From Felis catus (lineage: Eukaryota): 64,000 nt of DNA. The stretch spans positions 84,198,001 to 84,262,000 of the forward strand of contig NC_058368.1 of the NCBI RefSeq assembly GCF_018350175.1, written 5' to 3'. Positions 1 through 11,163 of this stretch are shown one piece after another (the first letter of the stretch is position 1; the number at the start of each line of letters is the position of its first letter). A program made the translations under genes and the position numbers. The notes beneath the pieces are model-generated. The model saw only the letters and a list, made by a program, of their open reading frames with translations. It ran no database searches and was not told the DNA's origin.

Positions 1-454
1 ATGATCAGTAAAGAAGTGACAATACACTTTCTGCATGGTCCAATACTAGGTTAATTTCCCAATTTCTATCTGAATAGTACATGTCCTTCTTATTACGAAT
101 ATATACTTTCCTCCTACTCAGGAAAATGGTAAAAACTTCTGCAGATTTCAGAATCACATAATTCAAAAATTAAGTGCTTAATCATGGAGTTTTGGTAATA
201 GCAATAATGGTAGTGATGATGAAAACCAGAACTGAGGGGCCATCCTCTTCATAGCCAATAGCTCAAGGTCCATTCCAGCAGATCATGATATGACATGTTC
301 CCAAGTCTCAAATTCTGCTATAGGAAGAAGTTGTGTACTCTTCTCCTCCCCTCTCCTGTGCTTTCTTCCCCTCTTCTCTCTTCTCCTGACAGATAGCTCC
401 CTCTAAACCTTGTAGGGATAGCCAGTACTTGATCCTGTATCAGCCTTTGCTGTA

Positions 455-797
455 CATGGTGGTCAGTCTCTAGGATGTCCTGAAATAGCTCCCATCTCCT
501 AGTATTCATATCCTTGTGTAGTCTTCTCCCATGTTGTACCAAAGTTGATCTATGCAACCAAGACGATATGACAGAAGTGAAGAAATGTCACTTCTGAGAT
601 TAGATTACTTTAAAACTGCAGTATCTCCTTCCTCCTTCCCTCTCCTCCTCTTCTCCCTCTCTCTGTCATCACTTGTTCTGGGGGAAGCTAGCTGATACAT
701 GAGGACATCCAGGCAGCCCAGAGAGAGACCCATGTCAACAGGAACCAAGCCTGACAACCACATGGGACTAATGATGCAGCAATAGATAGCTAATACA
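455..797 (+). mobile_element. Old MaLR solo LTR (MLT1F-like), internally deleted
   Basis: Resembles recalled MLT1F consensus (cagaagtga..tgtcacttctgagattag..ctgggggaagc) and ends in the MaLR terminus gcaatagatagctaataca. Confidence 0.7.
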
Positions 798-849
798 GCT
801 ATACCCTTTGATAAAATGAACACCAAAAACCCTGAGGATATATCCATAC

Positions 850-981
850 CTATGCCAATAACTTCCACACACTTTGTCTCTGTACCAGTGCAGGTAAGAA
901 GAACTGGGTCACAGGAAATGTCATGCACATTGTAGCAGGCAGAACATTTAATTCCATTGGGTTTTGAGGACTTCCGAGGCA
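850..981 (-). pseudogene. Isolated 132-bp phase-1/phase-1 exon of a RoBo-1-like (LYPD8-cluster) LY6/uPAR gene, first half of LU domain 2; probably a gene remnant
   Basis: Acceptor tttctttcttcatttag| at 982-983 and donor |gtatgg at 849. Open frame (V)PRKSSKPNGIKCSACYNVHDISCDPVLLTCTGTETKCVEVIGI(G) has the PNG-x-x-C-x-x-C and C-T-G-x-x-T-x-C-V spacing of recalled rat RoBo-1 and parallels LYPD8 exon 43425-43562. No upstream exons found; the last exon would lie before position 1. Confidence 0.75.
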
Positions 982-1116
982 CTAAATGAAGAAAGAAAAT
1001 TTTCATTTTAAGGACAGGAAAAAAGGAGCTGAGAGCATTATTACCACCCACGGTTATTCCAGGATTCCTCTACCCAAAATCAAAATGATTTAAAATTAGG
1101 ATACCATGGAGGGTGC

Positions 1117-1138
1117 GGGGGGGGGGGGGGGGGGGGGG
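1117..1138 (+). repeat. G22 homopolymer
   Basis: 22 consecutive G after ggagggtgc. Confidence 0.95.
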
Positions 1139-1287
1139 AGAAGTATTAAGTGGGAATATATAGCCAAAAATAATCTTACAGAAATCTGGTTTATCTGCTT
1201 CTTTCATGAGATGGCCCTCTCTGCCCTGGCTGAAGAAAAAAATGCTTACATAATAGAAGATAATTTGTGATTTAAAAACTACTATTG

Positions 1288-2466
1288 AAGAATTATATGG
1301 TTTCAGATTTCACATTTAAGACCTTAATATATTTTTAGTTTATTTTTCTGTATGGTATAAAAGAGTGATCCAGTTTCATTCTTTTGCATGCAACTGTCCA
1401 GTTTTCCCAGCACATTTTTTTGAGAGACTGCTTTTTCCCCATTGTAAATTCTTGCCTTCTTTGTCATAGATTAATTGACCACATAAGTGTGGGCTTATTT
1501 CTCAGCTGTCTATTCTGTTCCATTGATCTATGTGTCTGGGATTTTTGTTTTGTTTTGTTTTTTGGGTTTTTTTCTGTTTGTTTGCTTTGTTTTGTTTTTC
1601 CAGTACCATACTGTTTTGATCACTGCAGCTATGTAGTGTATCTTGAAATCTGGGATTATGATATTTCCAGCTTTATTTCTTCTCAAGATTGCTTTGGCTA
1701 CTCAGAGTCTTTTGTGGTACAAATCTTAGTATTATTTGCTCTAGTTCTGTGAAAGATGTTGTGTTTTTATAGGGATTGCATATCTGTAGATTGCTTTGGG
1801 TAGTATGGACATTTTTTTTTTAATTTTTTTTTTCAATGTTTATTTTTGGGACAGAGAGAGACAGAGCATGAACGGGGGAGGGGCAGAGAGAGAGGGAGAC
1901 ACAGAATCGGAAACAGGCTCCAGGCTCTGAGCCATCAGCCCAGAGCCTGACGCGGGGCTCGAACTCACGGACCGCGAGATCGTGACCTGGCTGAAGTCGG
2001 ACGCTTAACCGACTGCGCCACCCAGGCGCCCCATGGACATTTTAACAATATTGGTTTCTTCCAGTCCATGAGCAAACATAGGAAATAATGTCTTTGACAT
2101 CAGCTATAGAAACATTTTCTATATATGTCTCCTGAGCAAAGGAAACAAAAGCTAAAATAAACTTGGGACCTCGCCAAAATTAAAAGCTTTTGCACAACAA
2201 AGAAAAGCATCAACAAAATAAACAAGCAACCTACTAAATGAGTGAAGATATTTGCGTATTATATATCCAATAAGGGGTTTATATTCAAAATATATAAAAA
2301 ACTTACACAAGTCAATACCAAAAAATCCACAAATAATCCAATTAAAAAATGAGCAGGGGACCTGAATAGACATTTTTCCAGAAAAGATACAGATGACCAA
2401 CAGACACATAAAAAGATGCTCAACATTGCTAACATCAGGAAAATGCAAATTAAAACCATAATGAGT
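1288..2466. mobile_element. L1 ORF2 fragment with 5' inversion: minus segment ~1288-2072, plus segment ~2073-2466; 3' end missing
   Basis: L1 ORF2 3'-region sequence on the minus strand switches to plus at ..ccatgagc|aaacatagg, then stops at the SINE at 2467. Confidence 0.8.
1816..2032 (-). mobile_element. Young felid SINEC (tRNA-derived) with 11-bp TSD
   Basis: GGGGCGCCTGGGTGG head, CT tract and A tail on minus; TSD atggacatttt at 1805-1815 and 2033-2043; CpGs intact. Confidence 0.95.
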
Positions 2467-2684
2467 GGGGCGCCTGGGTGGCACAGTCGGTTAAGCGTCC
2501 GACTTCAGCCAGGTCACGATCTCGCGGTCCGTGAGTTCGAGCCCCGCGTCAGGCTCTGGGCTGATGGCTCAGAGCCTGGAGCCTGTTTCCGATTCTGTGT
2601 CTCCCTCTCTCTCTGCCCCTCCCCTGTTCATGCTCTGTCTCTCTCTGTCCCAAAAATAAATAAACGTTGAAAAAAAAAATTAAA
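2467..2684 (+). mobile_element. Young felid SINEC without matching TSDs
   Basis: Complete SINE; left flank aaaaccataatgagt differs from right flank aaagactggggagcg. Confidence 0.95.
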
Positions 2685-3009
2685 GACTGGGGAGCGGTTG
2701 GAGGTCACCTATCTTTTCCTTCCTGAAAACAGGTTTTCAGGAAATGACAAAACCTAATTTCACACTCTGAATTCCAGGTCTCATTTTCTATAAGTAACCA
2801 TGAGCTACTTTGTCTCAGAGACAAAAACATATAAATGAAGCCTGTCCAAGAATCACCTTCAACTTCAATCCAAGTTTCTCCTGCTCAGCCTTTGTCACAA
2901 CCTCAAGATGAAAGATTAAAATGTTATGTGTTTCTTTCTTTGAAGAGATGAAAAGGGCTATTTTGCAGAGAGCCTGGCTTAACACAATGACAACAAGTTT
3001 TGAAGCAAG

Positions 3010-3150
3010 GCATTTCCCAGCTCTGTGGCCAAGTGTTGTGTGAACCTGGGCACAAGGTTTCACTATTCAGAGCCTCAGTTTCCTACTCTGCAGGGAAATA
3101 GTGATGCCTGCTTTGCAGGGTGGAAGTGAAGGCTTAAGGAGAGTGTGAAA
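3010..3150. mobile_element. MIR fragment
   Basis: Degenerate MIR core (tcccagctctg..gtgtgaacctgggc..agagcctcagtttcc). Confidence 0.55.
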
Positions 3151-6100
3151 TGACCATCACTGTGTAAACACAATGGACTTTGCCTCTGTCCACATCAGAA
3201 ACGTGTAAACAAAAATGTGCAGGTGTTGTTTGAATTTGAAAGAACAAGAGACAATGGGCCTATGGACTTGTTTAAATGTTGTATGTATGTCAATGTGGAT
3301 ATGAACGTCTGAGAGCCAAATCATAAGACAAGTGCATTCCATGTTTTCCCTCTGCCATCTCAACCCACCAGACATCTGACAGATGAACAGACACCCAAAA
3401 GCTCCCAGTGGTTTAGACTATGGGTCTGAGAGGTGCAATACAGGGTCCTCTCATGTGTGGATAGGAAGAAACATTGCATCTTTCTTTCCCTATCCTATAA
3501 CTGAAATGTAGTTTTTCTTTCCAAAAATGGAGTCCACAAACCACAGAAAAACCACCAACCCTTAGAAATTATTGAGGTTTTCCCATCATGTGACATCTGC
3601 AGATATATTCTTTGCCCTTATCAAGTACTTTCAGATTATGTCCTTATCAGTCCCCTGCAAGGGCCTGGTGACTGATGCATTCATAAAGAACCACATCTGT
3701 TCTATTCCGTACATTAGAGGAGTCTTCTAAGTGTATTCAATACAATTGTAATTTTATAAGGTTTGATTTTTCTCATGAGAAGGGGTTCATAGGTTCTACC
3801 ATCCTTCCTGGGTCACATATTATGGGAACCAGTGTTGCCACCCCACTTCTGTAAGTAGCAAAAGCACCAACTTCCTCTGAAACAGAACTTTGTATCCATG
3901 TCTCCAGGTCCATGAGGGAAGTATAGCCCAAGGCTATACATTTATAGTTCTCAGCCCTTTCTCCTAGTACTACCTGCCCATGAACTCCTGACCAGCTGAG
4001 GTGGCTGGAGATACAGGTGGTTTCTGGCAGGGATATGAGGCCAGGAGGTCAAACATACAGTGTGGACTTGGTCAAGATGTTCTCTAGTTTAATCCAAGTA
4101 TCTGTTGTCATCTAATGACACTAGTCATCCATCCCACCTGACTCACGGCATGCATGGTCTAGGACTTGAAGTGCAGGCTAGGCTCAGGAAATGATGTTCA
4201 GATGGAATGAGCCAGGTTTGTCTTCACTGATGGAGAGCTGTGAAGCCATCACTCGTCTACATGGAGTATAGAACATTAACATAGGGGCTGGGACCACCCA
4301 ACTCTGTGCCAACTTCCTGCTTCTCAGGGCAGGTCCTCAGTAAACCCTTCAGGGCTGTGGTTACTACAGGAAGCTGCCAGAGTGCCACTCAGAGGACACC
4401 ATTCCTGGAGGAAAGAGAAATAGTGAGAACACCTAAAGCATGGGAGTGTCTGAGGTTATGCCTTTTAGTTATGTCTCCCACCCACCTTCTACCTTCAGAA
4501 GTTCCCCCACAGAACCCCTTGCAGTGACCCCACTCTCTTAGATCAGTTTTGCTTATTCTTGTAACCAGAAACAACATTCTGTACCATGCCTGAAATAAAA
4601 ACCATGTCATGAGGAATTATCCCCATCCCGTCAGCCCAATTCCTGGTCACAGTTCTGAGAAGAACCCGCTCTTTTTTCTCCCTGACATTGCCTGAGGGAC
4701 AATGGGAAGGGAATAGAGAGGACTGTGGCTAAGCACACACACCTGGGAACCACTCACCAGCTTCTCTGGCTATCCATTCTCCCTCTGTAAAGTAGGGATA
4801 AGAACTGACCCCACTTCATAGATTTCTTTTCTGTGAGAGTAACGTGAGTCTACCTATACTCTCTGAGAAAAGCTCCTAACATCAGCACTAACTAGCATCT
4901 CTGTGTTCATGTATTTACTTTGGAAGATAAGGTAGCATTCCTTATGGAGCATTTGCTTCCTAACTAGGTTTCTGGACTCCAGGGATCAAAGACTCCATAC
5001 CCAGACCAGCTGGATACTGGGCTATAGAGCAGCCTCTCACAAGGCCAGTCAGGAGAGGTGGCAGCCCCTTTCTATAGACATGCAGTGGTCTTGCCCTGTG
5101 TCCTGAGACAACTTTAGGCTAGAAGAGAATCTTGGATGAACCCTAAGAAGTCTCTTCTTGGAATGGAGTCCTTCTCTTGTGAGACTTCCTCTGGTCAGAG
5201 GAATCTGACACCTGATCCATGAGTCTTCAGTGGGTTGAGTTAAATTGGGGGCAGTGGTATGCCCATCACAGGAAGTACCTAATATGCCAGGAAGCCAGGG
5301 CTGAGCCCCATGATGACTGGGTAAAGTGCCAATGTTCATACAGAATTCATAGAGGGAGCCTCTCTTCCCTTATAAGTCTGAGCACTCAAAAAGGGAATGG
5401 GCACAGTTACCATGCCTCATTCATAATAGTGGACCCTAATAGAGGGCTGGAAAGGAGTGGAAGAAGGAACAGAGCAATGTGGACCAGCCTAGTCAGAGCA
5501 GCTGATCCAGGTTGGGGAGACCCTCTATCTTCTGAGCCCAAAATAACATCCTTTTTGTTCAGCCAGGGTCTATCACCCAGTCCCTGGTCAAGGCTTTGCG
5601 ATTTGGGTCAGAAATGCCCTGGGCAAGTGGAGACAGAAGCAACAGAAGGATGGGGCTTCTGACAACAGAAGGTACAGGGAGAATGAGTAGGCATTGTTTC
5701 AGGAAAAGGAACAGATTTAGGACAAAGCAAACATCCTGTCCATGCTCCTTGTTTCTAGGTATTCTGCGCTACTTGAGAACATTGGATGTAACCAGAAGGC
5801 ATAGGACATCTCCTCACCTCTCTTGATCCTATTTTAGCGTGTGATGCCTCAGAGGTTTATTTGCTGCAGTGTGTGACCTTCTATGGAGAATTACCCCCTG
5901 GACCCAGGCCTACTTTACTCCCTGACTACTGTATTTGGTCAGGCAGTATGGACATGGTGTGGGCACAGAAATGAAGAAAAAAATGCCCACTGCTTTCATG
6001 GCAGTAACTTGGCAGGAGCCACAGGGCAAATGGCAACTAGGTCAGACCCATTATCCCATACATGGGAGGCCATTGTCATGGTCAAATGAGATGTAAACAC

Positions 6101-6679
6101 AACACTCAGCCGCTGAATGATCTCCTCACTGGCCTGCCCTTTCTCACCTTTACTGCCTTCACTCTCAGTTTTTATTCTCTGGCTTCTCCTTTTCTCAGTT
6201 TTTGGGGACCTCCAAGGTGGCATCTGCTATCTTGATTAAAAAAAAAAAAAACTAAAGAATGCATTAAGGGCTCAGAGAGGAGGCCAGCTTTGTGGAGCAG
6301 CTGGCACCTACTAAGAGATAAGGTGAAAGTTTCCACACAGTCAACATTCCAGCCAGAGAGTGGAGGACAGAGAGGTCTAGCACTGCCACCTGGGGCCTAT
6401 TTGACTTTGTACTTACTGGAGTCATCCAGGGTACTTTGTCACTTATGTTTCTTTTGGTGCCAAGAGGACTGTCCTTAGGACCCCTACCTCTGCCTGCTGG
6501 CCATGATGTTAGAATGCCCATTTCCTGGTCACACAGCTGGTCATGAGTAGGGTAGGAATGGGAGGCCCAAGTACAGGTGTAACTCATCTCTCACCACTCC
6601 CTGAGGAGTACAGTATTGAGAGAGGTCAGAGACCACCTTACTCCCTGGTCTAAAGGCTTCCAGGGCCAATGTGGGCTTT

Positions 6680-6870
6680 CATCCTCGTTCTGCTGTATGA
6701 CCCTTGTCTAGTGACTCAAACTCTCCTTCCTCAGTTTCCCCAGTTATAAAATGAGGATAAGATGGGAGTAATCACATGGAGTAGTTGTAAGGTTTTTCAT
6801 GAGTTAACATATATATAGCGCTTAGAGCAAACAGTGCCTGGCCCAAGGAAGCTCTCACCAAGAATTGCTG
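6680..6870. mobile_element. MIR fragment
   Basis: cctcagtttccccagttataaaatgaggataa..agcgcttagagcaaacagtgcctggc resembles the MIR core and tail. Confidence 0.6.
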
Positions 6871-7964
6871 CCATTGTTATCATTTATTATCAACTGTGTG
6901 CCTGAATTTCTAGGCAACAGTGAATGGGCACAGACCTTATCTGCAAAGAGGGAACGTAAGAGAGAAAAAGTACAGGGAACAGGTGTAGAGGCCCCCTAGA
7001 TATGAGGAGAATGCTCACCCAGCCCAAGCATTACACATGGTTGGCTAAGCTTGGTGCATTCTGGGGGTTGGGGGGGGCGGGAGACAGAGAGAGACATGGA
7101 CCCAACTGGACCAAATTCCTGCTTTCAGGTGCCATGTTCCTGGGACAGCACCAGCATAAAGCATGTGCATATAGGGCCCCTGAGTCAGAAACTCTATTAA
7201 TTTCCCACAGGTGGAAAGAGCAGTGAGCCTTACCTGGGGTCCATGAAGCCTAATGAGGCCCTCCACCATAAAGGAATCAAGAAGGCACCCAGGAAAGTTT
7301 CTGTCCACTGTGAGCCCAAGAATGTCCAGTGGCCAGGATGAGATGCAGGCAGCACTGAGACCAGACAGCCTCTGGGGGAGGCCAGAGTTAACCCAGGAGG
7401 GGATAGTGTCACTTTCATCATCCAGAATGTAAATCTATGGTTTCCTCATCTGGGTGAAGTGGTTGAAGTGGGGACTCTTGTGGGTGGAGGTACCTTTGGG
7501 CCAGATGCAAGAGCTTAGAGAGTGCAGACGGCAGAGCCAGACTCAGGTGAAGCATTGTGGGGACAGTGTGGTCTGCAAAAGGCTTTGCCCCATCTCCACA
7601 GTCCTCCCTCATCTACCATTTTTCCTTCTCTCCTTTTATGACTCAGGCATATGGGGATTCACCTGCAGGTTCTAAACAATGGCCTCTACTCCTCAGAAAC
7701 TGAAAGCCAAGTATTAACACGTTACATTCAGGTCAAGGCAGAGACCAAGTTCTAAAGGGTTTCACTTTTGTTCAAATCCTTTGATCATGTAAATACTAAC
7801 ACTTATATTTTTCCTAACAGTTTGTGAGATATATATATTTTTTCATATATATGATATATATTTTTCATATATAAAGATATGAATCTTTTTTCATATTACT
7901 GTTATATGGCTCAGCATTTATTACTTAACATTCAATTTGGGAGAACTTTTTTTCTCATTAAAAT

Positions 7965-8850
7965 ACTTTTTTAATTTAATTTCAAGTTAGTTAACATATA
8001 GTGTAGTATTGATTTCAGGAGTAGAATTTAGTGATTCATCACTTTCATATAACACCCAGTGTGCATCCCAACAATTGCCCTCCTTAATGCCCATCACCCA
8101 TTTAGCCCATCCCCCCCATCCACTTCCCTCCAACAACCCTCAGTTTGCTCTCTGTATTTAAGAACCTCTTATGGTTTGTCTCTCCCTCTGTTTTTATTTT
8201 TTCCTTTTCTTCCCCTGTGTTCATCTGTTTTGTTTCTTAAAGTCCACATATGAATGAAATCACATGATATTTGTCTTTCTCTGACTGACTTATTTCACTT
8301 AGCATAATACACTCAAATTCCATCCACTGTGTTGCAAATGGAAAGATTTCATTCTTTTTGATCACTGAGTAATATTCCATTGTATGTATGTACCATTTTT
8401 TCTTTATCCATTCATCAGTCAATGGATATTTAGGCTCTTTCCATAATTTGGCTATTGTTGATAGTGCTACTATAAACATTGGGGTGCATTACCCCCTTTG
8501 AATCAGCACCTTTGTATCCTTTGTATAGTTACCTAGTAGTGCAATTGCTGGATCATAGAGGATTTCTATGCCTAAATTTTTGAGGAACCTCCATACTGTT
8601 TTCCAGAGTGGCTGCACTAGTTTTCATTGCCACTAACAATGTACAATGGTTTCCCTTTATCCACATTTGCACCAACATCTGTTGTTTCTTGGATTGTTAA
8701 CTTTAGCCATTCTGACAGGTGTAAGTTGGCATCTCATTGTGGTTTTGATTTGTATTTCCCTGATTCAGAGTGATGTTGAGCACCTTTTCATGTGTATCTT
8801 AGCCATCTGGATATCTTCTTTGGAAAAGTGTCTATTCATGTCTTCTTCCC
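7965..8850 (-). mobile_element. 5'-truncated carnivore L1 (ORF2 C-terminus and 3' UTR)
   Basis: Poly-T at ~7965; ORF 8237-8479 reads as L1 ORF2 C-terminus ([24 protein letters not shown]). Confidence 0.9.
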
Positions 8851-9010
8851 CTTCACTAGACTATTTGGGTTTTAATTGTTACATAGACAAATCTTGTACC
8901 TCCCTTTCTGTGAGCTCCATGTGGTGGGATTTCCATCTACTTTGTTTACTCTTGCGCTCTCAGCACTTTTAATGCTAGTAGCTAGTCCTAGTTGGTGAAT
9001 GATTGTTCTT

Positions 9011-9617
9011 TTTTTTTTAATTTTTTAATTTTTTTTTTAAATTTACATCCAAGTTAGTTACTATATAGTGCAACAATGATTTCAGGGGTAGATTCCTTAA
9101 TGCCCCTTGCCCATTTAGCCCATCTCCCCTCCCACAACCCCTCCAGTAACCCTCTGTTTTTTCTCTATATTTAAGAGTCTATTGGGGTGCCTGGGTGGTG
9201 CAGTCGGTTAAGCGTCCGACTTCAGCCAGGTCACGATCTCGCGGTCCGTGAGTTCGAGCCCCGCGTCAGGCTCTGGGCTGATGGCTCAGAGCCTGGAGCC
9301 TGTTTCCGATTCTGTGTCTCCCTCTCTCTCTGCCCCTCCCCCGTTCATGCTCTGTCTCTCTCTGTCCCAAAAATAAATAAACGTTGAAAAAAAAAATTAA
9401 AAAAAAAAAAGTCTATTATGTTTTGTCACCCTCCTTGTTTTTATATTATTTTTGCTTCCCTTTCCTTGTGTTTATCTGTTCTGTGTCTTAAAGTCCTCAT
9501 ATATTTGTCTTTCTCTGACTGACTACTTTTGCTTAGCATAATACTCTCTAGTTCCATCCATGTAGTTGCAAATGGCAAGATTTCATTCTTTTTTGATTGT
9601 ATATATATATATATATG

Positions 9618-9655
<38 letters not shown>

Positions 9656-10103
9656 ACATCTTCTTTATCCATTCATCTATTGATGGACATTTGGGCTCTT
9701 TCTACTCTTTCCATACTTTGGCTATTGTTGGTAGTGCTGCTACAAACATTGGGGTGTATGTGTGCCTTCGAAACAGCATAACTGTATCCCTTGTATGAAT
9801 ACCTAGTAGTGCAATTCCTGGGTCGTAGGATAGTTCTATTTTCAATTTTTTGAGGAACTTCCATACTGTTTGCCAGAGTGGCTACACAGTTTGCATTCCC
9901 ACCAGCAGTGAAAAAGACATCCTCTTTCTCTGCATCCTCGCCAACGTCTCTTGTTGCCTGAGTTGTTAATGTTAGCCATTCTGACAGGTGTGAGGTGGTA
10001 TCTCATTGTGGTTTTGATTTGTATTTCCCTGATGATGAGTGATGTTGAGCATTTTTTCATGTGTCAGTTGGCCATCTGGATGTCTTCTTTGGAGAAGCGT
10101 CTA
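9011..10103 (-). mobile_element. 5'-truncated L1 with 17-bp TSD; contains a SINE and a (TA)n tract
   Basis: TSD ggtgaatgattgttctt at 8994-9010 and 10104-10120; ORF2 C-terminal peptides in ORFs 9441-9659 and 9842-10060. Confidence 0.93.
9184..9410 (+). mobile_element. Young felid SINEC inserted in L1 3' UTR
   Basis: Full SINE; gtctatt duplicated on both flanks. Confidence 0.95.
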
Positions 10104-10878
10104 GGTGAATGATTGTTCTTGATCTAAGAACACCATTTTTTTTAAAGAAAATATTTCATACCTCTTATATAACTTTTAAAATGTATGGGAAACAACATGT
10201 GATGATAGAATTCACCTTTACGGGCCACATTTCTTGAGTTTAGCCCCCTTTTTTGTGCTTTAATATACTTTGATATTTCTCTAAAAGAAGTATAAAATAC
10301 AATCAGTATCCTGAATCAAAAGAGCTGATATTACTTCTTTGGCATTCTAAGTAGACTTTTGACTAACTAGAACCTGGGCTGTACCCACTGTAGACATGAC
10401 CCAGGCTTCCACTTAACCTGACAGCATCATAAACACAGAGCTGCTCAGCTCCAAAGTACTCCATGGCCATCTCCAGCCTGAACTTCCTCAGGAAACACCT
10501 TTCCACACCTCTGATAGCTAGGTTTCTCATATGGTGAAGCAAACACACAAATATAAAATCAATCTCTTTTATTTGGATTCTGGAATATCTAAACAAGCAG
10601 GTGCCATCCAATTCCTGATGGACTCCAAAAAACCTCAGATACTGCATAGGAAGACTTCCTTCCACAAAGATATAAATAAGCAGAGGCAACACACACTTCC
10701 ACATGCATTCACACACAGGCACATTCACACTCAAATATTCATATACATTTAGAAGATAAAATAGAAGTCCTTGAGGAAGTCAGGGCAAATGGGCCTTATG
10801 AAACAGGAAAACTTCATGAAATAAGAAAAAAACCAAAAGCAATAATGAGGTGTAGAAATTGTTAAAAATATATATAGG

Positions 10879-10950
10879 GAGGGCACATTTTGGGATGAGC
10901 GCTGGGTGTTGTATGGAAACCAATTTGACAATAAATTTCATATTAAAAAA
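10879..10950 (+). mobile_element. Very short felid L1 3'-end insertion, followed by (TA)n to ~11020
   Basis: ttttgggatgagcgctgggtgttgtatggaaaccaatttgacaataaatttcatatt closely matches the 3' end of the full-length L1 at ~21030-21090. Confidence 0.85.
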
Positions 10951-10966
10951 TATATATATGTATATG

Positions 10967-11022
<56 letters not shown>

Positions 11023-11163
11023 AAAGAGGGTGAGATGAAGTATGGGAGCAGAGGGTTGAGAACAAGGGGTGTGGGAACAGAGGGAAGGAAATAGATATCA
11101 GGATCACCAACCTCACCTCACTATCATTCTTGACCACACCACCAGCAAAGTGATTGGGAAAAA

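Noticed and set aside
230..320. Acceptor-like cttcttcctatag as the paralog's last exon
   Set aside because: The phase-1 frame stops after ~11 codons and lacks the expected G-C-A-T motif, cysteines and GPI tail.
605..1051. 148-aa ORF read as a single-exon LU protein with a hydrophobic tail
   Set aside because: Only 850-981 is LU-like and it is bounded by splice sites; the rest is intron and MLT1 LTR read-through.
4750..7421. Minus-strand donor-like sites near 4755, 6415 and 7233 as the paralog's missing exons
   Set aside because: Adjacent sequence encodes no signal peptide or LU cysteine pattern. They could be non-coding relics, but I cannot support that.
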